A stretch of 64,000 nucleotides of DNA from an uncultured Rivularia sp. (GTDB lineage Bacteria; Cyanobacteriota; Cyanobacteriia; Cyanobacteriales; Nostocaceae), in the NCBI GenBank assembly GCA_963665115.1, contig OY762007.1:3104001-3168000 (forward strand), in the 5' to 3' direction. The notes below the pieces were generated by a model, which saw nothing but the letters and a program-made list of their open reading frames with translations, was not told the DNA's origin and searched no databases. Below, in pieces: positions 23,901 through 34,223 of this stretch (position 1 is its first letter; each line of letters starts with the position of its first letter). Made by a program: the position numbers and the translations under genes.

Positions 23901-25292
23901 ATGATAGAAAGACGGATTGCAGAAATATTACGCAGCGCTCAACCATCGGAGACAATAAAGGTGCAAGGTTGGGTAAGAACAAAGCGCGAGTTAAAAGGGT
24001 TTGCTTTTATTGAAGTTAATGATGGTTCATCTTTGGCTAGTTTGCAAGTTGTGCTAAACCAAGATTTATCGGATTATGAGAAGATTTTAAAACAATTAAA
24101 TACAGGTGCTTCCGTGGAAGCATCAGGAATAGTAGTTGAGTCTCAAGGTAAAGGACAAAGAATTGAATTAAAAGCGGAAGCGCTAAAAGTTTATGGTGAA
24201 GCAGATCCAGAAACTTATCCGCTACAGAAGAAACGCCATTCTTTTGAGTTTCTCAGAACAATTGGACATTTACGCAGTCGCACTAATGCATTAGGTGCAG
24301 TTTTCCGCGTGCGTAATGCTTGTGCGGCAGCAATTCATGAATTTTTCCAGCAACGGGGCTTTTTGTGGGCACATACGCCAATTATTACCGCCAGCGATTG
24401 CGAAGGTGCTGGCGAGCTTTTTAGCGTTACCAACTTGGATTTAAAGAATATTCCCCAGACGGAAGATAAACAGATAGACTATAGTCAAGACTTTTTTGGT
24501 AGACCTACATACTTAACTGTTAGCGGTCAGTTAGAAGCCGAAATTATGGCAATGACGTTTGGTAACGTCTATACTTTTGGTCCTACCTTCCGTGCAGAAA
24601 ATTCCAATACTTCGCGCCACCTTGCAGAATTTTGGATGGTTGAGCCGGAAATGGCTTTTTGTCAACTCTCTGAAGACATGGATTTAGCTGAAGAGTTTCT
24701 CAGATATGTCTTCAAATATGTGATGGAAAAATGTCCCGAAGACATGGATTTTTTCAATCTGCGGGTAGATAAGACAGTATTGGAAACCGCAGAGAATATT
24801 ATTAATAATAAATTTGAGCGAATTACTTATACTGAAGCCGTTAGACTTTTAGAAAAAGCCGATGTCAAGTTTGAATATCCGGTAAGTTGGGGTTTGGATT
24901 TACAATCGGAACACGAGCGCTATCTGTGCGAACAACTTTTTAAAAAGCCAGTTATTGTTAGCGATTATCCCACAGAAATCAAAGCCTTTTATATGCGGTT
25001 GAGCGATGATGAAAAAACCGTTGCTGCAATGGATGTTTTAGCTCCAAAGATTGGCGAAATAATTGGCGGTTCCCAGCGTGAAGAAAGGTATGATGTGTTG
25101 GAACGTCGGATTAAAGCTCAAGGAATGAAACCAGAAGATTTGTGGTGGTACATGGATTTACGCCGTTACGGTACCGTACCTCATGCTGGTTTTGGATTGG
25201 GTTTTGAAAGATTGGTGCAGTTTATGACGGGAATGGCGAATATTCGCGATGTGATTCCGTTTCCGCGTACTCCGGAGAATGCGGAGTTTTAG
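23901..25292 (+). CDS. asnS: Asparagine--tRNA ligase
   Basis: [35 protein letters not shown]. Confidence 0.97.
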   Translation: MIERRIAEILRSAQPSETIKVQGWVRTKRELKGFAFIEVNDGSSLASLQVVLNQDLSDYEKILKQLNTGASVEASGIVVESQGKGQRIELKAEALKVYGEADPETYPLQKKRHSFEFLRTIGHLRSRTNALGAVFRVRNACAAAIHEFFQQRGFLWAHTPIITASDCEGAGELFSVTNLDLKNIPQTEDKQIDYSQDFFGRPTYLTVSGQLEAEIMAMTFGNVYTFGPTFRAENSNTSRHLAEFWMVEPEMAFCQLSEDMDLAEEFLRYVFKYVMEKCPEDMDFFNLRVDKTVLETAENIINNKFERITYTEAVRLLEKADVKFEYPVSWGLDLQSEHERYLCEQLFKKPVIVSDYPTEIKAFYMRLSDDEKTVAAMDVLAPKIGEIIGGSQREERYDVLERRIKAQGMKPEDLWWYMDLRRYGTVPHAGFGLGFERLVQFMTGMANIRDVIPFPRTPENAEF

Positions 25293-25552
25293 AATTCTTT
25301 ATTCGTTATTAGCGAGAGAGTTTTTGTTTGATTAATTGCCGTTGTGTGACGCTTTGAAGAATTTTGATTAGAAATTAAGAATTTGATTATAGCGTCACGC
25401 ACCAATTATCTAGATAAGAACGAGAAAATTTTGTTGAAAATTATTAAATATTTAATAAATCTCGAATGGTGCGTTACGGCATTTTCAAAATCGTAGTTTA
25501 TAATTCAACATATTAAAGCCGTAACAGCACCCTACAAGTTAAAAGATTAGAA

Positions 25553-26231
25553 TTATTCACTCAAATCTCCAAAACGTTCTCGATAACGAGCTAAAAGAGC
25601 TTCAGCTTCATTTGCACGATTTTCTGCTTCCTGTCTTGCTTGAGTTTCTTCCTGAAGTTTGGTTGCTAATTCGTCGGGAATTAATAATTTTTCTCCAGTA
25701 TCTTCGCGGTAAAAACCGATTAATTCATCTTCTATAGCTAAACGTAATTTTAAAGGTTCGCTGCGGCTATCTGTAATTAATTGGTAGCTTTCCCCTTGCA
25801 AACGATAGCCGCGCAATTTTTCTTCAATCCATTCACCTTTTGGATCGAAAAGCCAATATTCTTGTACTTCTAACTGTTCGTACAAGGTTTTTTTATGCTC
25901 TATATCTTGGTTTTTTGTACCCTTAGATGTAATTTCAAAAATAACTGAAGGTACTTTACCTTCTTCCCAAGTTTTATAATTATCTCTACCTCCTGGTGCA
26001 ACATCAAAAATTACCATTACGTCAGGAGCTACTCTTAATTTTGGGAAACCTTGAGCGTAATATAAAAATTGATTTGCTAAAACGGTTGCCTGTTGTCCTG
26101 TAAGGTATTGTCGCAATACTTCGAGGGCTGTTAATAAAGCGTAGAGGTGGGTATAAGTTTCAGCCACGGGTTTCACCGTCGGAACTTGGATAGAAGATTT
26201 GAGACTTTGGTTTAGAAGTGGTAATTGCCAT
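25553..26231 (-). CDS. Uma2 (DUF820) family endonuclease-like protein (frameshift near 26171)
   Basis: MAITT…YPSSDGEPVAET after correction; APDVMV, FEITS, EYWLFDP. Confidence 0.88.
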
Positions 26232-26278
26232 GTTCTCAGGTTTTGGGGTTTACGTCTATTATGACGTTGACAGAAACA

Positions 26279-26450
26279 TTAGTTAAGTTGCTCAAAAAAA
26301 CGTTTGAGTTTATCTTTATCCAGTTTGTCATTACTGCGAACTCCACTACATACATCAAGTGCGAAAGGTGCGACTTGAGTTACTGCTAAAGCGGCGTTTT
26401 CGGGTTTTAATCCTCCCGCAAGAAAGATTGGTATTTTTAGGCGATCGCTT
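26279..26450 (-). pseudogene. C-terminal remnant of phosphoribosylanthranilate isomerase (TrpF-like)
   Basis: Manual translation …IPIFLAGGLKPENAALAVTQVAPFALDVCSGVRSNDKLDKDKLKRFFEQLN*; in-frame stop upstream near 26471. Confidence 0.8.
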
Positions 26451-26654
26451 ATTATCAAGTCCGTTTTAATTCACATCTGACACCAGTTGCAATAATCGCC
26501 TTGGAATAAATTCCCAGGCTAAAAAACAAAGTCTGATGAATCAGACTGGGCTTGTTGAGAATGATGCAAAAAGTCCGTTTTCATGGACTGGAAATCTCAT
26601 TATTTAGATATTGTAATATTTATAATTAGTTACTTAATTAAATAGGTGTAATCT

Positions 26655-27689
26655 ATGACTGGGATGAAAAAAAAGCGTCAATTTAAAACTTTCAGTAAAC
26701 CTGCTTTGATAAGGCTTGGTATTTTGCTGTTTATTTTATCAAGTGTTGTTAGCTGGCTATGGTTTACATCTTTCCAAATGCCGAGAAATAGCTACAGTGG
26801 TGAATTACTTCCTTTAACCGCACAAGAAAAGATTATTCAAGATAATTTACAACGAGATATTAATAAGTTAGCTGTTGAAATTGGAGCGCGTAATTATAAT
26901 AATTATGAAAATCTGAATGCTGCTGCGGATTTTATAGAATCTTCTTTTAAGGAAGCTGGCTATAAAGTAAATCAGCAAGAATATCAAATAAATAATAAAA
27001 CTTTTGCTAATTTAGAAGTTGAAATTAAAGGTGTTGAGAAACCCGATGAAATTGTAATTGTTGGCGGACATTATGATACGGCTTTTAATACTCCTGGCGC
27101 TAATGATAACGGTTCGGGTGTTGCTGCGGTGTTGGAATTAGCGCGGAGATTTGCAGATGAAAAGCCAAATAGAACTTTACGATTCGTGGAATTTACGAAT
27201 GAGGAACCACCTTATTTTTGGACTGAAAATATGGGTAGTTTGGTTTATGCGAAGGGTTGTAAAGAAAGGAATGAGAATGTTGTAGCAATGTTGAGTTTAG
27301 AAACTATGGGTTATTTTTCTGAGGAAGAAGAAAGTCAAAAATATCCGTTTCCACTGAATTTAATTTATCCTTCTCAAGGTAATTTTATTGCTTTTGTGGG
27401 AGATATAAATTCTAGTCAACTTGTAAAAAAGGCTATTGGTTACTTTCGCAAACAGGTAAAATTTCCATCTGAAGGTTTAGCCATTTTTAATCAACTTCCT
27501 GGTGTTGGATGGTCAGATCATTGGTCATTTTGGCAGCAAGGTTATCAAGGTATTATGGTTACTGATACCGCGCCTTTTCGCTACAAGTATTATCATACTT
27601 TGGACGATATTCCCGATCGGATTGATTATGAAAAATTAGCGCGAGTTGTATCGGGTTTGGAGAAGGTTGTTGGGGAATTTGTTAGTTGA
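26655..27689 (+). CDS. M28-family metallopeptidase
   Basis: GHYDT, GANDNGSG, NEEPP, SDH motifs; N-terminal TM. Confidence 0.9.
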   Translation: MTGMKKKRQFKTFSKPALIRLGILLFILSSVVSWLWFTSFQMPRNSYSGELLPLTAQEKIIQDNLQRDINKLAVEIGARNYNNYENLNAAADFIESSFKEAGYKVNQQEYQINNKTFANLEVEIKGVEKPDEIVIVGGHYDTAFNTPGANDNGSGVAAVLELARRFADEKPNRTLRFVEFTNEEPPYFWTENMGSLVYAKGCKERNENVVAMLSLETMGYFSEEEESQKYPFPLNLIYPSQGNFIAFVGDINSSQLVKKAIGYFRKQVKFPSEGLAIFNQLPGVGWSDHWSFWQQGYQGIMVTDTAPFRYKYYHTLDDIPDRIDYEKLARVVSGLEKVVGEFVS

Positions 27690-27702
27690 AGATTTGCATC
27701 CA

Positions 27703-27820
27703 GAGCGCCCGCAGGCTCGAAGCCTGGGGCTACAATTACAAAGCCCACCTTCGTGGGCTAAAGATTCCTAGCCCATGAAGGTGGGCTTCGTAAATGTAGC
27801 GATACCCTTATAGGGTATTG
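27703..27820. repeat. Cluster of short palindromic dispersed repeats
   Basis: AGCCCACCTTCGTGGGCT and AGCCCATGAAGGTGGGCT inverted pair plus flanking hairpins between convergent genes. Confidence 0.65.
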
Positions 27821-27827
27821 CTACTAA

Positions 27828-28412
27828 TTATGCAGAGCTTCCGCTTTCTCCTTTCATGACTGCGGCAGAAATCAAATGTGCTAATCGCAATGCTTCGGGT
27901 ACTTTTCCGCAATCGGTTAATTTTTCTAATACTTTGGCAATGATTTCTGGCTCTTCACCACATACTTGAAATACAAAGGGTAAATATTCGTAAATTGTAC
28001 CCGCACGCTTTAATAATTCTTGGCGTTTTTCTAAGTTTGGTAAACGACTCATTGCGTCGATAACTGCTTCTAAATCAGGTTGACGACGCATCACGGCGAC
28101 GCAGGGAAGTTGGAGTTTTTCGGCTAAGGTTGGTAAGTCAACAACGTTAAATCCACCAAAGCCAATTCCGTCGAGCAATACTATATGTAATTGCGGTAAA
28201 AATTTGCTGTCAAGTAATAATTTGCAAATGGTTTCTGTGGAATCAAAACCATCTTGCTGTAACTCTCCCCAAACCATTCCTTCAAATCGAGTTGCCGCAC
28301 AAATTATTCCTGCTAAATTAACTTTTTTATTAGCACCACGAATAAATGGTGCGTCGTCGAAGCCAATTACGCGAATTGTACGGTTTAGTTTGAGGAGAGA
28401 TTCGAGATTCAT
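27828..28412 (-). CDS. DUF99 (endonuclease V-like) protein
   Basis: IGFDDAPF, LLDGIGFGGFNVVD, PEALRLAH. Confidence 0.88.
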   Translation of the reverse strand: MNLESLLKLNRTIRVIGFDDAPFIRGANKKVNLAGIICAATRFEGMVWGELQQDGFDSTETICKLLLDSKFLPQLHIVLLDGIGFGGFNVVDLPTLAEKLQLPCVAVMRRQPDLEAVIDAMSRLPNLEKRQELLKRAGTIYEYLPFVFQVCGEEPEIIAKVLEKLTDCGKVPEALRLAHLISAAVMKGESGSSA

Positions 28413-28554
28413 GGATTGAGAGAGTTAGGAATTAGGAGTGTAAAGATGTAGCAATGCTGCTTATGTAGGTGATTTAGCAGGAACGGAGTTATGATAAATT
28501 GACTTCTAGGATTAGTGTACTATCCTGCAAAAACCAGGGAAACTAAAGTTATTA

Positions 28555-28854
28555 ATGCACGTTATCAGCCGTAAAAAATTACGAGAATTTTGTCGAACAC
28601 ATGGAGACTGCGACGAAGCGCTAGATGACTGGTATAAAATTGCAAGTAAGGCTGAATGGGGAAACTTGATAGAGGTACAAACAGCTTTTCCTCAAGCAGA
28701 AGCGGTTGGAAATTTCACAGTTTTCAATATTAAAGGTAATAAATATAGATTGATTGTTAGTATTAATTATGAAAAACAGGTCATCTATGTAAAATATATC
28801 TTAACTCATGCACAATATGACAAAGATAAGTGGAAAAATGACCCTTACTATTAA
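28555..28854 (+). CDS. higB: HigB-family toxin
   Basis: MHVISRKKL…VFNIKGNKYRL…THAQYD. Confidence 0.92.
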   Translation: MHVISRKKLREFCRTHGDCDEALDDWYKIASKAEWGNLIEVQTAFPQAEAVGNFTVFNIKGNKYRLIVSINYEKQVIYVKYILTHAQYDKDKWKNDPYY

Positions 28855-29242
28855 TTCAGAAATTTATAGCGAATTACTGTCTAAATATCAACCTCGAATT
28901 ATTCAAACGGAAGCCGAAAATGAATATTTTTTAGAAGTTGTTGAAGAATTGCTAGCGCGGAAAGATCTTACACCGGAAGAAAATACAATTTTAGACTTAT
29001 TAGTCAAATTAATTGAAGATTTTGAAGATAAACACTATCAGTTAAATAAATCTACACCTCGTTCTCGAATGCTTCATTTAATGGAAGCCCAGGATATTGC
29101 TAAGGAAAGTTTAGTACAAGTTTTTGGTTCAGCTGAGATAGTTGATAAAGCCATCAACGGTGAATTAGAAATAACTTCACAACAGGCTTTAGATTTAGGG
29201 AATTTATTTCATGTTGATTCGATTTTATTTTTAAATGAGTAG
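28838..29242 (+). CDS. higA: HigA-family antitoxin (HTH)
   Basis: Overlaps higB; YQPRIIQTEAEN…LIEDFE followed by an XRE-like HTH. Confidence 0.85.
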   Translation: MTLTINSEIYSELLSKYQPRIIQTEAENEYFLEVVEELLARKDLTPEENTILDLLVKLIEDFEDKHYQLNKSTPRSRMLHLMEAQDIAKESLVQVFGSAEIVDKAINGELEITSQQALDLGNLFHVDSILFLNE

Positions 29243-29283
29243 GTGAGATAATAATAAAATATTCAAAAGTAGGTTTAATAATC

Positions 29284-29559
29284 ATGCAATCACTTTTCTG
29301 GACTGTCGAAGAAGTTGCTCGCAGAGCTAAAGAATTTTACGAAAATGGAATTCGCCAACAAGTTGAGCATGGCGATAATATTGGCAAGATGATTACGATT
29401 GATGCTGAAACTGGCGAGTACGGAATTGATAAAACTGGTATAGAAACTGCGATGAAGTTAAAGCAGAAAAAACCAATGGCTAGATTATTTACTATGCGGA
29501 TTGGTTACGATGTTGCTGTCAGTTTTGGTCATGCTCCGATGAACCGTACAGTTAAATGA
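29284..29559 (+). CDS. Small hypothetical partner of the aspartic protease
   Basis: GKMITIDAETGEY…RIGY; ATGA overlap with the next gene. Confidence 0.7.
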   Translation: MQSLFWTVEEVARRAKEFYENGIRQQVEHGDNIGKMITIDAETGEYGIDKTGIETAMKLKQKKPMARLFTMRIGYDVAVSFGHAPMNRTVK

Positions 29560-29933
29560 TTTACGGAAGAGTTACTGAAGGTAAAGCAACAATTCCAGTA
29601 ATTTTTCGTTTACCTTCACAGCCAGATTTTTCTGTGGATTTTGTCATTGATACTGGATTCAATGACTATCTAACGCTACCAATACAAGCAGTAAATATAA
29701 TGAATCTTCCTATATATTCGAGTATTTCTGCAAGATTAGCCGATGGTAGCGAAACTGTATTATCTGTACATTCAGCAACTATTATTTGGGATGATGTAGA
29801 AAAAGTAGTTCCTGTTTTAGCTTCTGGTTATAAACCTTTATTGGGAGTTGCTTTGATGGAAGGATATCATTTAGAGATTGATTTTGAAGAAAATGGTTTG
29901 GTTTCGTTGGAAAAAATATCGTCTGTGATGTGA
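29556..29933 (+). CDS. Clan AA (retropepsin-like) aspartic protease
   Basis: VIDTGF catalytic motif, LADG, PLLG. Confidence 0.88.
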   Translation: MIYGRVTEGKATIPVIFRLPSQPDFSVDFVIDTGFNDYLTLPIQAVNIMNLPIYSSISARLADGSETVLSVHSATIIWDDVEKVVPVLASGYKPLLGVALMEGYHLEIDFEENGLVSLEKISSVM

Positions 29934-29946
29934 TAGATGTCAAACC

Positions 29947-30029
29947 GTCATTGCGACGAAGGAAGCAATCTCAACACCTCAACTACCAAGGAGTGCGATC
30001 GCCACCCTGTATTCGACTCGCAATGACAG
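29947..30029. repeat. Palindromic dispersed repeat
   Basis: GTCATTGCGA…TCGCAATGAC terminal inverted repeat. Confidence 0.65.
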
Positions 30030-30114
30030 TTCCAAAAATCGGGATTCTACACTTCACAAAATATCACCCGAAAAACCACCTTTTCAATTCTCCTAACAAA
30101 GAATCATCTTGCTG

Positions 30115-33100
30115 TTATTTTCCACGTAAATATTCTAGATTTCTCCGAAAAGTCAACGTATTCGGGTGATTTTTACCCAAAACCCGTTCCGCAATCTCCA
30201 AAGCTTGGATATAAAGTGGTTCTGCTTGTTCGTAATTTCCTTGGGAACGGTAAAGTTCAGCTAAATTGTTCAAACTGGTTGCAACCAGGGGATGATTAAC
30301 TCCGAGTAGCTGTTTATATAACTCCAAAGCTTGGAGATACAGAGGTTCTGCTGCTTCGTACTTTCCTTGGGAACGGTAAAGTTCAGCTAAATTGTTCAAA
30401 CTAGTTGCAACGTCGGGATGATTTTCTCCGAGTAGCTGTTTATATAACTCCAAAGCTTTGAGATACAGAGGTTCTGCTGCTGTGTACCTTCCTTGGGAAT
30501 AGTAGAGTGCAGCTAAATTGTTCAAACTGCTTGCAATGTGAGGATGATTGACACCTAAAAGCCGTTCCGCAATCTCCAAAGCTTGGAGAAACAGAGGTTC
30601 GGCTGCTTCGTACCTTCCTTGGGAACTGTAGAGTTGAGCTAAATTGCTCAAATTGCTTGCAACGTCGGGATGATTTTCTCCGAGTAGCTGTTTTCTTAAC
30701 TCCAAAGCTTGGAGATAAAGAGCTTCTGCTGCTTCGTACCTTCCTTGAGAATAGTAGAGTAGTGCTAAATTGCTCAAACTCATTGCAACGTGAGGATGAT
30801 TTTCTCCGAATAGCTGTTTATATAACCCTAACGCTTGAAGAAACAGAGGTTCTGCTGCTTCGTACCTTCCTTGGGAATAGTAGAGTAGTGCTAAATTGCT
30901 CAAACTCGTTGCAACTTGAGGATGATTAACTCCGAGTAGCTGTTTACATAAATGCAAAGCTTGGAGGTAAAGAGGTTCTGCTGCTTCGTACCTTCCTTGA
31001 GAATAGTAGAGTAGTGCTAAATTGCTCAAACTCATTGCAACGTGAGGATGATTTTCTCCGAATAGCTGTTTGTATAACTTCAATGCTTGGAGGTACAGAG
31101 GTTCTGCTGCTTCGTAACTTCCTTGGGAATAGTAGAATTGAGCTAAATTGTTCAAACTGGTTGCAACTTCGGGATGATTTTCTCCGAGTAGCTTTTTTCC
31201 TAATTCCAAAGCTTGGAGGTAGAGAGGTTCGGCTGCTTCGTACCTTCCTTGGGAACTGTAGAGTAGTGCTAAATTGTTCAAACTAGTTGTAACACCGGGA
31301 TGATTCTCTCCGAGTAGCTGTTTGTATAACTCCAATGATTGGAGAAACAGAGGTTTCTGCTGCTTCGTACCTCCCTTGGGAATAATAGAGTTGAGCTAAA
31401 TTGTTTAAACTCATTGCAACGTCGGGATGATTTTCTCCGAGTAGCTGTTTGTATAATTCCAATGCTTGGAGAAACAGAGGTTCGGCTGCTTCGTACCTTC
31501 CTTGAGAATAGTAGAGTTGAGCTAAATTGTTCAAACTCAATGCAACGCGGGGATGATTTTCTCCGAATAGCTGTTTGTATAGCTCCAATGCTTGGAGGTA
31601 CAGAGGTTCGGCTGCTTCGTACCTTCCTTGGGAATAGTAGAGTTGAGCTAAATTGTTTAAACTCATTGCAACGCGGGGATGATTAACTCCGAGTGGCTGT
31701 TTGTATAACTCTAATGCTTGGAGGTACAGAGGTTCGGCTGCTTCGTACCTTCCTTGGGAATAGTAGAGTTGAGCTAAATTGTTCAAACTGGTTGCAACGT
31801 CGGGATGATTTTCTCCAAGTAGCTGTTTTCTTAATTCCAAAGCTTGGAGATGCAGAGGTTCGGCTGCTTCATACCTTCCTTGGGAATTGTAGAGATAAGC
31901 TAAATTGTTCAAACTGGTTGCAACGTCGGGATGATTTTCTCCTAAGCGAGATATGACTGCTGAAACACATTGCTGACACCAGGGTTCTGCTAATGCATAT
32001 AAACCCTGTCCCTTGTAAAATCCAGCTAAACTAGTAAAAGCCAAAAGTAAATTTTTATTGCTGAGTGCATCGGTTAAGTTTTCGGTGACTTCTGTTAAGT
32101 GGGGAATAGCTGTTTTTACTGAGTTGATAAAATCTATGGTTGGTGTATCGGGAATTGTTTGAGCAATTTCGATAAAAGTAGTGATAAATGCTTGTTTGAT
32201 TTTGTCAATATCAGAATCTACTGTTAATTTTACTTTTAAAAATTCTCGAATTAAGGGATGTATTTTGTAATAATATTCTTCATCTTCTTCCAAACACTGT
32301 ACTAAGTGACGTTGGTAAATTTGCTCGATTCCTAACTCAACCACAGATTCATTCCAATTGAGGTGTTGAGTCATGGAATCTGCCCATTCCCAAGCAAAAA
32401 TATCGGCTGCAAATAAACTTAATAAACTTGCAATTTGCTGTGTTTGCGGATTCAATTCCACCCAACTAATTTCAAATGCTGCTAAAACCCCACGCTGTGC
32501 TGTACTTAGAGTTTTGTACTGAGGATTTAATGCTTCTTGATGCAGTCGCTGCTGTTTCAACTGCTCTAACATTTTCGCTAAGGTGAAATGGGGAGGTTTT
32601 TTAACTATATATCGTCCAACTAATTCTATTCCTAATGGTAAATATCCCAACCATTGACATAATTCTTGGGCTGTTGCGAACTCCTTATTTACTTTCTTTT
32701 CACCAATAATATTAATTAATAACTGTAATGCTTCTTCTAGTGACAGCACATCGAGGGAAATTTCCTCAATATTAGTGTCAATATTTCGCAATCGAGTTGT
32801 CAGCAAAATTCGGAAGCGATTATTTGCGGGAATTATTTCAGAAAACTCTTCTAAATTCGTCACATCATCCAAAACCACCAATACTAAACCCTCGGATGGT
32901 TGCCAATTTTGCCAGCACCAAGCTACTTGTTGATGCAGTGTCAACACATTCCCATGAAAATCCTGCTGGGGAACTTCTAAACCCATTTGTAGCTGCACAA
33001 ATTGAATAATCCCCGCTGCTATATTCCCATTTCTGGCATTTAACCAACAAACTCCACCAGGATAATCATTTGTATGTTCCCTAGCATATTTTACCGCTAA

Positions 33101-33346
33101 TTCGGTTTTTCCCACACCACCCATTCCCGCAACAGCAGAAATTACTACGGTGTTATTTTTTCGGTGCAATTTTTCATTAATTGTTGCTAATTCTTCACTG
33201 CGTCCGACAAAATGAGGAATACAGGGATAGGGAATATGTTTAATAACAGATACAGTTTTTTGTGGTGGGTATGAAATAAAAGTATTACCTTCAATCTTAT
33301 TATTTCCACTTTGTACATTTATGCCTTGGAAATTTTTTTCTGTCAT
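30115..33346 (-). CDS. NLR-like STAND protein: short N-terminal motif, NB-ARC, about 15 TPRs (about 1076 aa after removing an extra T near 31354-31356)
   Basis: FVGR, Walker A GMGGVGKT, Walker B LVVLDDV, TTR, GYLPL, IHPL; 42-aa TPRs; ORFs 31283..33346 and 30115..31335 join. Confidence 0.92.
30150..31945 (-). repeat. Tandem 126-bp TPR-encoding repeats (14 near-identical units)
   Basis: Recurrent GENHPxVAxSLxNLAxLYxSQGRYEAAEPLyLQALEL with high nucleotide identity. Confidence 0.95.
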
Positions 33347-33423
33347 TTTAAATAAATTTTAATGATAATTTTAGGACTCATGCACATCGTAATCAATGGT
33401 TTGTTTTTCCTCTAACTGTCGGA

Positions 33424-33449
33424 AGACGTAGCACTGCTACGTCTCTACA
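33424..33449. repeat. Palindromic dispersed repeat, copy 1
   Basis: AGACGTAGCACTGCTACGTCTCTACA, identical to 34084-34109. Confidence 0.85.
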
Positions 33450-33493
33450 AACCGTCAGATTTTGTGAGAAAGAGGTTAGGGATAGGTTATGTT

Positions 33494-33916
33494 TTATTTT
33501 CCGAAGCTAAAAGTGTTATTACTAATAGTATTATTTCCACCTTTAATATTTATTCCTTGCCAATTTTCATTAACAATCGTGGGATTTTGCGTTTTTAATT
33601 TCTGAGCTAATTGATTGAAAGCCGTTGCTAATTCTGTATTGTTATTAGCTTTTGCTTCTACTTCTTTACCTAATACTTCCAATGCTTTTTGTAATTTCGG
33701 TTGATTTTTAGCAGTATCCTCCACCATTTCTACTAATACTGCTTCGCCGATATTTTCTCGTTCTTTCGGAGGTAGCGCCAATTTTTCGGCTGTTTCTGGT
33801 GATATTGTCTTAAGTTCCTCAAAAGCGGTATCGTAAGCTTTGCTGATACCCCAATCAATCAACTTTTCACCTAAAAAAAGAAGTAAGGCGATCGCACCAG
33901 TTGTCAAAGGTTCCAT
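33494..33916 (-). CDS. Small helical protein with C-terminal N/G-rich motif; candidate Bell/HeLo-like NLR effector
   Basis: Hydrophobic/amphipathic N-terminal helix MEPLTTGAIALLLFLGEKLIDW; C-terminal motif matches the NLR N-terminus. Confidence 0.8.
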   Translation of the reverse strand: MEPLTTGAIALLLFLGEKLIDWGISKAYDTAFEELKTISPETAEKLALPPKERENIGEAVLVEMVEDTAKNQPKLQKALEVLGKEVEAKANNNTELATAFNQLAQKLKTQNPTIVNENWQGINIKGGNNTISNNTFSFGK

Positions 33917-34083
33917 AAGTAGTTTTAAAAGAAGGTAATTTCACTACATGATACATAGATGAGTATAAATATTCCGTAATATATCAGTAATTATTGAGTA
34001 TTTACCCTGATATGGTAAAAATTTATGTATTCTATTTATGACCAATTACAAAAGTAATTATCGGTGTGAATTGAAATATAGGG

Positions 34084-34109
34084 AGACGTAGCACTGCTAC
34101 GTCTCTACA
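34084..34109. repeat. Palindromic dispersed repeat, copy 2
   Basis: Identical to 33424-33449, same orientation. Confidence 0.85.
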
Positions 34110-34223
34110 TAAATGCCGGTTATCTAACAAAATTTTTTCCCTTCCCCATGATGTTGTACGATAAAAAAATATAAAACCCGGTATCTTGACCGAGTTACCG
34201 TAGATTAAAGAGGAAAACAACAG

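Noticed and set aside
30150..31945. Regular repeats as a CRISPR array or DGR template/variable repeats
   Set aside because: They are contiguous 126-bp in-frame TPR codons without unique spacers; there are no cas genes, no intact RT, and the variation is not obviously adenine-restricted
30657..31956. Repeated plus-strand ORFs (…RDDFLRVAV…)
   Set aside because: Antisense shadows of the TPR array
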